Below, piece by piece: positions 38,375 to 46,802 of a stretch of DNA of 64,000 nt. Numbering within the stretch: the stretch's first letter is position 1; the number at the start of each line of letters is the position of its first letter. Location: sequence record NC_010811.2. One strand, written 5' to 3'. The notes beneath the pieces were generated by a model. That model saw nothing but the letters and a program-made list of their open reading frames with translations. It made no database searches and was not told the DNA's origin. The position numbers were made by a program, and so were the translations under genes.

Positions 38375-38401
38375 GCGGAACCTCTTAGGGTAGTTGTTGA
38401 A

Positions 38402-39100
38402 TCAGTCTTGGCCCATGCCCATTTGCACGGCCTTCATGCGCAGCTCCAGGAGCTTGGCGATCTCTGCGCGCTTGGCCGCACGCTTTTCCAGCAGCAAGGC
38501 GAAGTAGAAGATGGCGTCGCGCAGCGTTTCGTCCAGGCTCTCTGTGGAGTCCGGGTCTTCGTCCACGTTGAACACGTCGTACTTGCGCAGCTCGCACTGA
38601 GCTTCGAGCCGGTCGATCTTGCGCCAGATGGTGAAGAACGCGCCCGGTCCCAGACGGCGGCACCAGCTTGCGCCATACTCGCTGTCCTTCTTGATGCCAA
38701 CGGCCACCAACTGATCAAAGATTTCGCGGATGGACTCGAAGTTCGTGTGCGGGATATCGCGGTCGTTGAAGTTGAGCGACGCGATAGCCACACGACGAGA
38801 TTCGTCCTTCACCATGGCAAGCACTTCGGACGCAGGCATGATGTAGGGCTTGTCGGACGGCGCTTCCATCTTTCCGAGGACTTCACGCGCCGACGGGCTG
38901 GCCGCATTCAGCTCTTTGATCGTAGGCTGCGGATTGATGTTGAACGTGCCGTGCGCGCAATCGGCGGTGGGCGTCTTGGTGACCGGGTTGTCCGTCCAAC
39001 CGGGCGTGTACGGGGTGGTGTCTTTCTTGTCCATAAGCGTTGGGCTCGTCTCGTTGGGTTTGTGGCCGTTGGGCGTTAGGAAGTACGCGTCGTGGTCCAT
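38402..39100 (-). CDS. Nucleotide-modification-associated (DUF1599/Nmad1-like) all-alpha NTP pyrophosphatase-fold protein
   Basis: KKDSEYGASW..RKIDRL..ESLDETLRDAIFY motif; directly downstream of the hydroxymethylase. Confidence 0.65.
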   Translation of the reverse strand: MDHDAYFLTPNGHKPNETSPTLMDKKDTTPYTPGWTDNPVTKTPTADCAHGTFNINPQPTIKELNAASPSAREVLGKMEAPSDKPYIMPASEVLAMVKDESRRVAIASLNFNDRDIPHTNFESIREIFDQLVAVGIKKDSEYGASWCRRLGPGAFFTIWRKIDRLEAQCELRKYDVFNVDEDPDSTESLDETLRDAIFYFALLLEKRAAKRAEIAKLLELRMKAVQMGMGQD

Positions 39101-39103
39101 GGC

Positions 39104-40222
39104 TTAGAGAACTTGCGGAGGAACCGGCAGCTTGGCCTTCTCCGCCAGCTTTGCAGCACGACGATACAGCCAGTTCTTGCCAGCGAACAGCCAGTCGTTG
39201 CTGGTGTCGATCTCGTGGATGAACTCGTTGTCTTCGGTAGTCAGCACTTCCAGCGCTTCGTCGATCTTGCCTTCCTTGTACAGGTTGTAGGCATGGGCCA
39301 TGGGCGCAGCCACATAGCGGATGAACGGCACCTGATAGTGCTCCAGCGCCACTTGGCGATAGTTGTCCACCAGATGCGCGACTTCTTCGTCGAAGAGCGG
39401 ATCGTCCGACCCCATTTCCATCGGCGCTGCATTGCGCGACGCATACACGTCCGGTCCCTTGCGCAGCACAGGTTGCACACCATACGTGGTGTCCACGATG
39501 AAGCGCTTGGTGATGTCGAACTCCAGATACACGTGCAGATTGTTCGACACTTGGTAGTAGTGGCCGAGTGGCAGGCCACATTTCTCGGCGACGTATTCGT
39601 GCAGCATCGAGAAGTGCACGACGTTGGCGCCGTAGCAGCCCCAGATCATGTCGTTGCTGCGGTTGGTGACCGTCATGTTGAGCTTGCCCAACTGCGCGTC
39701 GAACATCACGCTCGTGTTGCACGGCAGGTCCTTCGACCCTTGGTTCAGCAGGTCGGATTCGCGCCGCACTGCCCACGAGTCCTCGCGGCTATAGAATTCT
39801 CGGCTAGCGTCCCACATCTGCAGAACGCAGCGGCGGCTTGCCGGGTTCTTCTTCAGCTCGTCGATGATGGCGTTCAGCTGATCGTAGCCGAAGTGCTGGC
39901 GCCAGCGGAAGCCGTAGGCACCATTCAGCGTGCTGCCGTCATCGGTGTATTCCAGCATCTGCTTGGCGTAGTACGACGCGAACTCCACGTCGTTGCGCCC
40001 GGCCAGCATCCACAAGGCTTCCATCAGGTGCAGGAACGGATTGGCATCACGCACTGCGTCGAACGACACGCGCTGGCGCGGATGCGTGTACACCGAAGTG
40101 ACCGGCGTTGGGAAGCGAATGACCGGACCGTTGCGGCTGTCCGTCTTCAGGCCAACGGTGCAGATGGTTTCCAGACCCGAGTACAGGCCCTGATCGGGAT
40201 TGACGACGTGTAGGACTTTCAT
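39104..40222 (-). CDS. Thymidylate-synthase-family dUMP hydroxymethylase
   Basis: SRNG, RDANPF, AYG.RWR, NPASRR, catalytic DLPCN, NRSNDMIWGCYGANVVHFS, SNNLHVY; Asn at the substrate-specificity position; start at ATG 40222. Confidence 0.8.
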   Translation of the reverse strand: MKVLHVVNPDQGLYSGLETICTVGLKTDSRNGPVIRFPTPVTSVYTHPRQRVSFDAVRDANPFLHLMEALWMLAGRNDVEFASYYAKQMLEYTDDGSTLNGAYGFRWRQHFGYDQLNAIIDELKKNPASRRCVLQMWDASREFYSREDSWAVRRESDLLNQGSKDLPCNTSVMFDAQLGKLNMTVTNRSNDMIWGCYGANVVHFSMLHEYVAEKCGLPLGHYYQVSNNLHVYLEFDITKRFIVDTTYGVQPVLRKGPDVYASRNAAPMEMGSDDPLFDEEVAHLVDNYRQVALEHYQVPFIRYVAAPMAHAYNLYKEGKIDEALEVLTTEDNEFIHEIDTSNDWLFAGKNWLYRRAAKLAEKAKLPVPPQVL

Positions 40223-40257
40223 GGTTTGGGTTGTTTGGTTGCGTTGTACACTAGGCT

Positions 40258-40265
40258 TATTTACT
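40258..40265 (-). promoter_or_regulatory. AGTAAATA motif upstream of the dUMP hydroxymethylase
   Basis: 35 nt upstream of the ATG, in a short intergenic gap. Confidence 0.5.
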
Positions 40266-41274
40266 AGCCGCCGTTGTAACGATTCTTCATCCGGCTGGTG
40301 TCGCCATCCAGAATAGACCGCACCATCTTGCTCGTCTCGCAATGGCAATTGCTGTAGTTGGGCATGGAAATGGTGGCAAAGCCGGTCCACGGGTCTTCAG
40401 TCCAATACTTAGCGGGCACTTTGGCCTTGACCGCAGCGTTCACCAGATCACGCGTGCGGATCATCGGCTCATTCAACTTGTCGCCCTTGTACACCGCCTG
40501 CATGTGGCCATTCAGCAGCCAGTTCATGCCCTTGGTGGTGCCGGGACCAGGACTGGTGAACGTGTTGAGGTCAGGGGCGCGGCCCAACCACTTCTTGCTG
40601 TAGGACAGATCGACCAGCACTTGATTGGACATGAACGCGCCCCAGCCATGGAACGACGTGAGCGCCGCCAGACTGTCCACCATCGTAGTTTTGAAGACGT
40701 GTCGCACTTCCTTGCGTCGTTCCCAAAGCGGAGCCAGCCCAACAAATGGGATGTACTCGGCCTTCGAGCCTTCGCGCTTCGGATAGCGTGGCGGGAACAC
40801 CGAGTTGACGATGTATGCGCCGGTGATCAGCTTGTTGCCAGCTTCCTTGTAGCGAACGAGCGACTGGTAGACACGTTCTGTGTTCCAGGTTTTCACAGGC
40901 CACACGCCGTCGTCCATCAGCCGCTGCAGCGTTGGAGGCCAGTTGATGAGACGTGCCGCGCACAGCATGAACCACAGATCCGGATGGTCTTCGTACGGCT
41001 TGACGATATTGTCCACGATCCACGTGGTGCCGGGGTCCAGCTCACGATAGATGTTGGTGAACTTGGAAGCGCGCAGTACCGGGTCCGTGGTCCATGGCTT
41101 GGGCAAACCCTTCTGCCGCTTCAGGAAGATCTTGTGGCGCTCGATGATGAAGTCGGCCATGGCGTCCACGCGCTCTTCTTCCGTGCGAAGAACGCGCGGA
41201 TCGAACAAGAACTTGGCAGGCGCCTCTTCCGCCGACGCAAACAACTGCCCTTGACGCGCATCACGCTTTGCCAT
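40264..41274 (-). CDS. 5-hmdU DNA kinase family protein (aGPT-Pplase clade 1 helical domain)
   Basis: FIIERHKIF..WTTDPVL..KFTNIYRELDPGT, RLINW and SPGPGTTKG motifs; adjacent to the hydroxymethylase; start at ATG 41274. Confidence 0.75.
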   Translation of the reverse strand: MAKRDARQGQLFASAEEAPAKFLFDPRVLRTEEERVDAMADFIIERHKIFLKRQKGLPKPWTTDPVLRASKFTNIYRELDPGTTWIVDNIVKPYEDHPDLWFMLCAARLINWPPTLQRLMDDGVWPVKTWNTERVYQSLVRYKEAGNKLITGAYIVNSVFPPRYPKREGSKAEYIPFVGLAPLWERRKEVRHVFKTTMVDSLAALTSFHGWGAFMSNQVLVDLSYSKKWLGRAPDLNTFTSPGPGTTKGMNWLLNGHMQAVYKGDKLNEPMIRTRDLVNAAVKAKVPAKYWTEDPWTGFATISMPNYSNCHCETSKMVRSILDGDTSRMKNRYNGG

Positions 41275-42088
41275 TCTGCTTCTCCAGTTGACGTTCAGCG
41301 GCCTCGGCACGATGGCGCCAGTACATGCACTGCTGACCGAGAGTGAAATTCCGCGGGTCCAGTTCCGCATTGTAGTGCGACAGTCCGGCGGCGCCAATGG
41401 CCATCGCATCTACGATATCTGCGTGCACGGTAAGTGCGGGCAGCACGCCTTCCATCTTGTAGCCGAACAGGTGGAAGTCGCGTTGGTAGATGTGATTCAC
41501 AAGCTGAAGCGTGTTGCGCGACAGATCGTCCATCGTAAGGCGGCGCCCGGTGTCGTACTTGGTCTGGTCCTTCGAGTGGCCCAGCCCTTCGAGCGAAGCA
41601 TCAAGGCCCAGTCGCTGACGAACATACGCCCAATCCGCCGCCAGATTCTCGTAGCGGCCGATGTAGGACGCGAACAGCTCGTTGTTCTTGTAGAAGAAGT
41701 AGTGCTGCGGACAGAAGTGGGTGTAGCGCCAGTCGAAACGCACGTTGGACGGGGTGAGATTGCGCGCAGCCCACTCGTTGAAGTCGGTGTCCGGGTCCAG
41801 CGCATGCTGGCGCTTGTGCTCGGCCCAAGCGCTGAACAGACGGTCGTAGGGGTTGCGCACAAACCCGAACTTGAAGAAGTTGCGGAACGTACGCTCAGGC
41901 CACACCGCCGGAATGTCGCCAACGCACACGTGGAACAGTTCAACCACACGCTCCAGCGCAGGCACGTATTCCTGATACGCGAGGCGATGGGGGTTGTCGT
42001 CGTATGCGAACAGCTGACGACGAATGCTGGTCCCTGCGACCTTCGGGTTGTGCAGGAACATGAAGCCGCGTTGGTTATTGATAATCAT
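41261..42088 (-). CDS. PAPS-dependent sulfotransferase (Sulfotransfer_2 type)
   Basis: 5'-PSB motif HNPKVAGTS, 3'-PB motif FVRNPYDRLFSAW, HFCPQ, IGRYENLAADW. Confidence 0.85.
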   Translation of the reverse strand: MIINNQRGFMFLHNPKVAGTSIRRQLFAYDDNPHRLAYQEYVPALERVVELFHVCVGDIPAVWPERTFRNFFKFGFVRNPYDRLFSAWAEHKRQHALDPDTDFNEWAARNLTPSNVRFDWRYTHFCPQHYFFYKNNELFASYIGRYENLAADWAYVRQRLGLDASLEGLGHSKDQTKYDTGRRLTMDDLSRNTLQLVNHIYQRDFHLFGYKMEGVLPALTVHADIVDAMAIGAAGLSHYNAELDPRNFTLGQQCMYWRHRAEAAERQLEKQNGKA

Positions 42089-42983
42089 TGAGCAGGTCTC
42101 GGAGGTATTGTTTGTCACGACCTTGGAACGCGAGCTCTGCGGTCAGCAGCTTGCGGCCCTTGGCCTTGAACAGTTCGTAACGGGGAGCGTCAAGGAACAG
42201 GCTGGGCGCGCTCATAAAGTCCACGCGCAGGAACGATGCGACGTGCTGCGCCTGCTTGCCTCGACGGATGAGTCCAGGGAACATCACCATCTGGCGCAGG
42301 AACGAATCCCACACCTGCTTTACTTTACGTTCGCGCCCGGCACCCGACTTGTCGGCAGGGTCGAACGTGGTGTTCCACAGCAGACCGTAGTCCACGACCG
42401 ACGTATGGCCATTGCAAAGCACTGCCAGATTGTGGACGGTGTCAATGCCCCACAGGTCACGCGTAGCGCCGCGGTCAATCACATTGAGCAGCACATCTAC
42501 GTCGTAGCCTGCAACGTTCGTGCACTTGTGATTGATGCGCTGGGCACCCCATCGCGCCATCACGTTCTTGTGCATGAAGTAGGGACCGGCGCCCACTAGC
42601 GAATTGCCAGCCGCGAACAGACGGGGCGCAGTCTTGAGGAACCAGCGATCAGCAGCCGTGCGGTCCTTGGTGGCACCAACGAACGACCCATCTTTCTGGC
42701 GACCGTAGAACAGCAGGTCGTCCTCAATCACCATCGCCCAGCGTCCGCCCTGCTTCTGATGATGTGCGTACACACCATATCGCTTGTTGGGCAGCAGCGT
42801 GTCGTTTGGCGTGGGAAGGAAGTCCACGTGCTTGGCGTAGGGCTGACGCTTGTGTTCACGCAGCTCGTCCTTCGGACACACAACAGTCACGTGCTGCAGG
42901 ACAGCGGGCGATAGGTAGGACAGCGTCTTCTGCCGTCCCAGTCGCCCCTTGGTCAGCAGGTAGATGTGATATCGCTTATCCAT
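42075..42983 (-). CDS. GT-A fold glycosyltransferase (TET-associated/GREB1-like), copy 1
   Basis: IYLLTKGR, VVCPKDE, VIEDDL (DxD-like motif). Confidence 0.65.
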   Translation of the reverse strand: MDKRYHIYLLTKGRLGRQKTLSYLSPAVLQHVTVVCPKDELREHKRQPYAKHVDFLPTPNDTLLPNKRYGVYAHHQKQGGRWAMVIEDDLLFYGRQKDGSFVGATKDRTAADRWFLKTAPRLFAAGNSLVGAGPYFMHKNVMARWGAQRINHKCTNVAGYDVDVLLNVIDRGATRDLWGIDTVHNLAVLCNGHTSVVDYGLLWNTTFDPADKSGAGRERKVKQVWDSFLRQMVMFPGLIRRGKQAQHVASFLRVDFMSAPSLFLDAPRYELFKAKGRKLLTAELAFQGRDKQYLRDLLNDYQ

Positions 42984-43750
42984 TACACGAGTCCGCCGAT
43001 CTTAGCGGCGCCCCTCCAGCTAATCCGAGTGTTGGAATCCGGATGTTGGGCTGAAGGCGGCTTCTCCTTGACTACATCCGGGTGTAGCTTGATCAGCTTC
43101 TGCAGCGCCTTCGCCGCCATCTCGCGAGTGCGTTCACCTTGCAAGCCTCCAGCGGCGTCTGCCTTACGCTGGCCGACAGCCATGTCGTAGGTCACTGCTA
43201 TGCGAACACCGGCCTTCAGCAGTTGAAGCGTGTAGTCCACATCCTCGTAGGGGAAGATGCGATTCCACTTGATGGTCTTAACCGCCTTCTTGTCCATACC
43301 GAAGACGAAGCCCAGATGGAAATTCTCCTTGATACCGCCTTTGGGTGCGAACGCCTTGGTGCCGAAACCAACGCAGCGATAGTCACAGCACAGCTTGGGC
43401 AGCGTCTTGGTCCAGAAGCGGTAGGTGGCGTCGCGTGCGGTGCTGGCCACGACATGCTTCTGCTGTTCTGGGTCGAACGCATACAGATACAGGTCGTCGT
43501 CCATCATGAAGGTGAAGCGATGCGGCGACTGCAGCATGATCCACTCGCGCTTGGCGCCCAACGTCTTGATGTTGTTGGGCTGTGCCAGCACGTTGACTCG
43601 CGGATAGTTCTTGCGCAGGGCTTTCACCTCGTCCGCGGGACACACTAGGGTCACGTGCTGATGCATGCCCTTTGGCAACCGCTCCACCGTCAACTGATTG
43701 TCGACCCGGCCGCGTGTTGGTATGTACAGATGATAGTCGATCTTAGACAT
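42983..43750 (-). CDS. GT-A fold glycosyltransferase (TET-associated/GREB1-like), copy 2
   Basis: LYIPTRGR, LGAKREWI, MMDDDL, YEDVDYTLQLL, GGLQ motifs. Confidence 0.75.
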   Translation of the reverse strand: MSKIDYHLYIPTRGRVDNQLTVERLPKGMHQHVTLVCPADEVKALRKNYPRVNVLAQPNNIKTLGAKREWIMLQSPHRFTFMMDDDLYLYAFDPEQQKHVVASTARDATYRFWTKTLPKLCCDYRCVGFGTKAFAPKGGIKENFHLGFVFGMDKKAVKTIKWNRIFPYEDVDYTLQLLKAGVRIAVTYDMAVGQRKADAAGGLQGERTREMAAKALQKLIKLHPDVVKEKPPSAQHPDSNTRISWRGAAKIGGLV

Positions 43751-44465
43751 GATCGGTCTTCAGATAGGCTTCCAGTTCTTCGGGAGTGCCAAGGCAATGG
43801 AACGAGTCACGCGGCACCGGCACATTCAGCACAAGATTGTTGGTCACAATCAAGTGGTTGAGCAAGTCGCTCATGTAGATTTCTTTGGCGATCGACTTGC
43901 GAAGCAGATGGCTTGCGGCCTCTGCCGCCGCGTATCCAGAAGAGAACCAGTAGACGCCGCATCCGCTGTACGTGGGAGTCGGTGCCGTGATGGTCCGTTC
44001 GTGGATATGCGTGACGAAGTAGCCATCGGTGTGCACTGCGCTGAAGTGGCGTGCAGGCTCTTCGTTCAGGAACGTGAGCATTGCGGCGGTGGCCTTGGAT
44101 TCAGCCGCAGGACGCAGGTACGCCAGAAGATCGATCTTGGCAAACGAATCACAGTCCAAGAACAGGACGGGCGCTGCCAGATCAATAGTCGGCATCTTCA
44201 CCAGAGCGTGCAACGCCGAATGCGCAGGGCCGCGCAGCGTTTGGCACGTGCTGAGGAAGCGCAGGCCGGAAGTTCCACGCGGCAGATGACGAACAGCTTC
44301 ACCGCTGAAGATGAAGTTCACGTCCTCGGTCTTCAGTCCGTATTCGGCCAGCACATGCTCGTACATTGGGACGCCGTGTACCGGGATCATTGGCTTGGCT
44401 TGACGGTAGCCAGCAGCCGTGAAGCGGGAACCAAGTCCCGCAGCCAACATGATGATTTGGGTCAT
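43743..44465 (-). CDS. Sugar-phosphate nucleotidyltransferase (BcbG-like)
   Basis: MLAAGLGSRF..KPMI, LRGPAHS, LDCD, GVYWFSSG, LGTPEEL; start at ATG 44465. Confidence 0.8.
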   Translation of the reverse strand: MTQIIMLAAGLGSRFTAAGYRQAKPMIPVHGVPMYEHVLAEYGLKTEDVNFIFSGEAVRHLPRGTSGLRFLSTCQTLRGPAHSALHALVKMPTIDLAAPVLFLDCDSFAKIDLLAYLRPAAESKATAAMLTFLNEEPARHFSAVHTDGYFVTHIHERTITAPTPTYSGCGVYWFSSGYAAAEAASHLLRKSIAKEIYMSDLLNHLIVTNNLVLNVPVPRDSFHCLGTPEELEAYLKTDHV

Positions 44466-44467
44466 TT

Positions 44468-45901
44468 CTATTGGATCTGGTTCAGAACTTTGCGGGCCAG
44501 TTCGACGAATCGCAACTGGCGCTGTTTGTCGTCGCTGTGGAGCGGAAGCATGCTGATGAACAACAGTCCCGTCACCGCCCACAACTCGTTGGACGAAATG
44601 CCGAAGCGCTGAGCGCCGTAACGCAAGATGGGGTCTGCCAAACCCTCCCATTCAGTGGGCAGTGGCTGCTTTGCGACTGCGTGGTCGTAGCCGATCACGG
44701 AGTGCAGAAGCTTTGCCAGCTCATAGCGAACGTCGCCATACAGCGAGGGGCGGTCCTTAGCGTCCAGCCCCCGTGGATCGAACACCAAGACACGATCCGT
44801 ACGCTGGTCCAACATGATGTTGGAGAAGCACAGGTCACCATGCATGATGGTTCGATGGTGTACCTTTGGATTCACGTTCATCGCGAACAACTGAGCCATG
44901 CCATGAAGGTCGGCCAACGGCAGATGTACGTTGCCCTCCTCTAACAGATCCAGGCGGCCCCACGTCTTCGTGACCGCAAGCTGATAGAAGTCGTTGACAT
45001 GCGCCCCCTGACACGCTTGATGCGCGTCTTCCACCCAGCACAGCGTCTGATGAAGAACGTGGGTCCACGCACGGTCGTCCAACTTGCCATACACATAGAG
45101 CTCAGCCAGCGTTGGCAGCGGCAGATACTCCATGGTGTACTCGCCGTCGTCATAGTGGACGATGCGCGGCACGTAGGTGGACAGCTTGCGTGGCAAACCC
45201 AGGAACCACTCGCGCTCTGCGTTCACCTTCTTCGTGTTGGCGCTGCGCTTGGTCAGCAGGTGGCCATCGTTGGTCAACCCGTTGAAGTGACGAGTGGTGC
45301 GGGACAGGAACTCGCGCTTGGAACTGAAGTACGTAGACAGATGCCCAAAGTCCAGCCAGTGCTCGTCGATCGAAACGTTGGGAAGGCATCCCGCCATGTG
45401 ACGCACAGCCGATTTCACCGTCTCGTAACTGTCGAGCGTGAACGTCAGCTCACTCAGGCGACACGCAAAGTACCCGGCGAACACGCTGTCCTTGTCCAGG
45501 AACTGCCAGTGGGCAGACGTACCCAAGGGATGAGAAACTACGCCCACCGACGGTTCTTTCAACCACTTGGTGACCAGCGTATCGCCCCACAGAACATGCA
45601 CACAGACGTCCGGCGCGTTCTCTTGAGCACCGATCAGGCGCAGCGCGCGACGCAACTGATAGGGCAGCGACTGATCTTCCGCCGACGGGAAGAAGTAGAC
45701 GTTGCCTCCCACGTATGGAACAGACGACATCTCGGGCCACGTCACGTAGATGTGGTGGAAGTTGTCGCCTGCTGCGTCCAACTGCAGGTCGAGCAGCGTG
45801 CGCCCGCCCACCGGCACACGGGCTGCAGGAATGGCCCCGAACAGGAACTGAAGCTCCTGATTGCATGGAGCCGATGACATGATGAGCAGGACGTTGCGCA
45901 T
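44468..45901 (-). CDS. Nucleotidyltransferase-like / sugar kinase (APH/choline-kinase fold) fusion, BcbE-like
   Basis: N-terminal LLIMSS..ELQFLFGAIP, WLDFGHLSTY; kinase motifs HGDLCFSN, FDPRG and GDVRYELAKL. Confidence 0.75.
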   Translation of the reverse strand: MRNVLLIMSSAPCNQELQFLFGAIPAARVPVGGRTLLDLQLDAAGDNFHHIYVTWPEMSSVPYVGGNVYFFPSAEDQSLPYQLRRALRLIGAQENAPDVCVHVLWGDTLVTKWLKEPSVGVVSHPLGTSAHWQFLDKDSVFAGYFACRLSELTFTLDSYETVKSAVRHMAGCLPNVSIDEHWLDFGHLSTYFSSKREFLSRTTRHFNGLTNDGHLLTKRSANTKKVNAEREWFLGLPRKLSTYVPRIVHYDDGEYTMEYLPLPTLAELYVYGKLDDRAWTHVLHQTLCWVEDAHQACQGAHVNDFYQLAVTKTWGRLDLLEEGNVHLPLADLHGMAQLFAMNVNPKVHHRTIMHGDLCFSNIMLDQRTDRVLVFDPRGLDAKDRPSLYGDVRYELAKLLHSVIGYDHAVAKQPLPTEWEGLADPILRYGAQRFGISSNELWAVTGLLFISMLPLHSDDKQRQLRFVELARKVLNQIQ

Positions 45902-46801
45902 TTACTTTGCCTTCTTCTGTTTCTGACTACTGGCGAATGCCTTCTCCCAGTAGACGATCACTTCCTTGCGGTTGATGGACCCCTTGTACTCCTTGTCCAC
46001 CACCTTGACGAACGGGTCGTGGATGGACGCCAGCTTGACCGCGGCACGGTCTGATCCCTTTACCGTACGCTCTTCGCTACAGCCGCCGTCCGAGCCGTAG
46101 TCGAGTGGATTCACAACGAAGTTGGTGAGGATCAGATTGGGGTAGCCCAGTCGCAGCAGGTGCAGCGTCACGTTGAAGTCCTCGCGGAATTTCACTTCGT
46201 CGAATCGGATGCCGTGCTTGAGCAGTGTGCGCCGATTGTGGCCGATTGCGTGCATGGCGCGTCCCACCATCTTGAAGTCGCCGCGCACATAGTTGTTCAT
46301 CAGGCGGCTGGCGATGCACGTGTGGACTACGCCCTTGTTCACCATCTGATCCTTGATGAAGTCCCAGCGACGCATCTTCTGCACGTCAGGGAACGGCTCC
46401 TTGAACAGGAAGGTGATGCCCTTGGCCTTTGCCGCGTCCGTCTGCACCCACTTGCCGCTCTTGGCACCCTGCCATTCGCGGTGCTCTTTGTTGCAGCGGC
46501 GGAAGAAGTACATGTCGTCGTCCAACTGGAAGACGTTGTCGGCGCGAACGTTCTCGATGATCCACTGGCGCTTCTTTGCGATACAGTCGACCGTGGGATC
46601 GTCCACCGCCCACACCAGCTCGTGCTTGTGCTTCTTGCGCAGGGCCTTCGCTTCATCCCAATCGCTGGCCAGCAACAGCGTTCGCTCGCGCAGTTCGGCA
46701 GGCAGCTCACGCAGCGTAACCTGACGATCGACGCGCCGATGCGTTGGGATAACCACTTGGAAGTCTTTGTCCGCCACCGGCGGGCGTCGATGTTGTGCCA
46801 T
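45902..46801 (-). CDS. GT-A fold glycosyltransferase (TET-associated/GREB1-like), copy 3
   Basis: VVIPTHRR, IAKKRQWI, QLDDDM, FREDFNVTLHLL, GGCS; start at ATG 46801. Confidence 0.75.
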   Translation of the reverse strand: MAQHRRPPVADKDFQVVIPTHRRVDRQVTLRELPAELRERTLLLASDWDEAKALRKKHKHELVWAVDDPTVDCIAKKRQWIIENVRADNVFQLDDDMYFFRRCNKEHREWQGAKSGKWVQTDAAKAKGITFLFKEPFPDVQKMRRWDFIKDQMVNKGVVHTCIASRLMNNYVRGDFKMVGRAMHAIGHNRRTLLKHGIRFDEVKFREDFNVTLHLLRLGYPNLILTNFVVNPLDYGSDGGCSEERTVKGSDRAAVKLASIHDPFVKVVDKEYKGSINRKEVIVYWEKAFASSQKQKKAK

Positions 46802-46802
46802 G

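Noticed and set aside
39104-40222. Reading the synthase as a dCMP hydroxymethylase or an ordinary ThyA
   Set aside because: Asn rather than Asp at the specificity site argues against dCMP; adjacency to a 5-hmdU DNA kinase argues against plain ThyA, though that is not excluded without an assay
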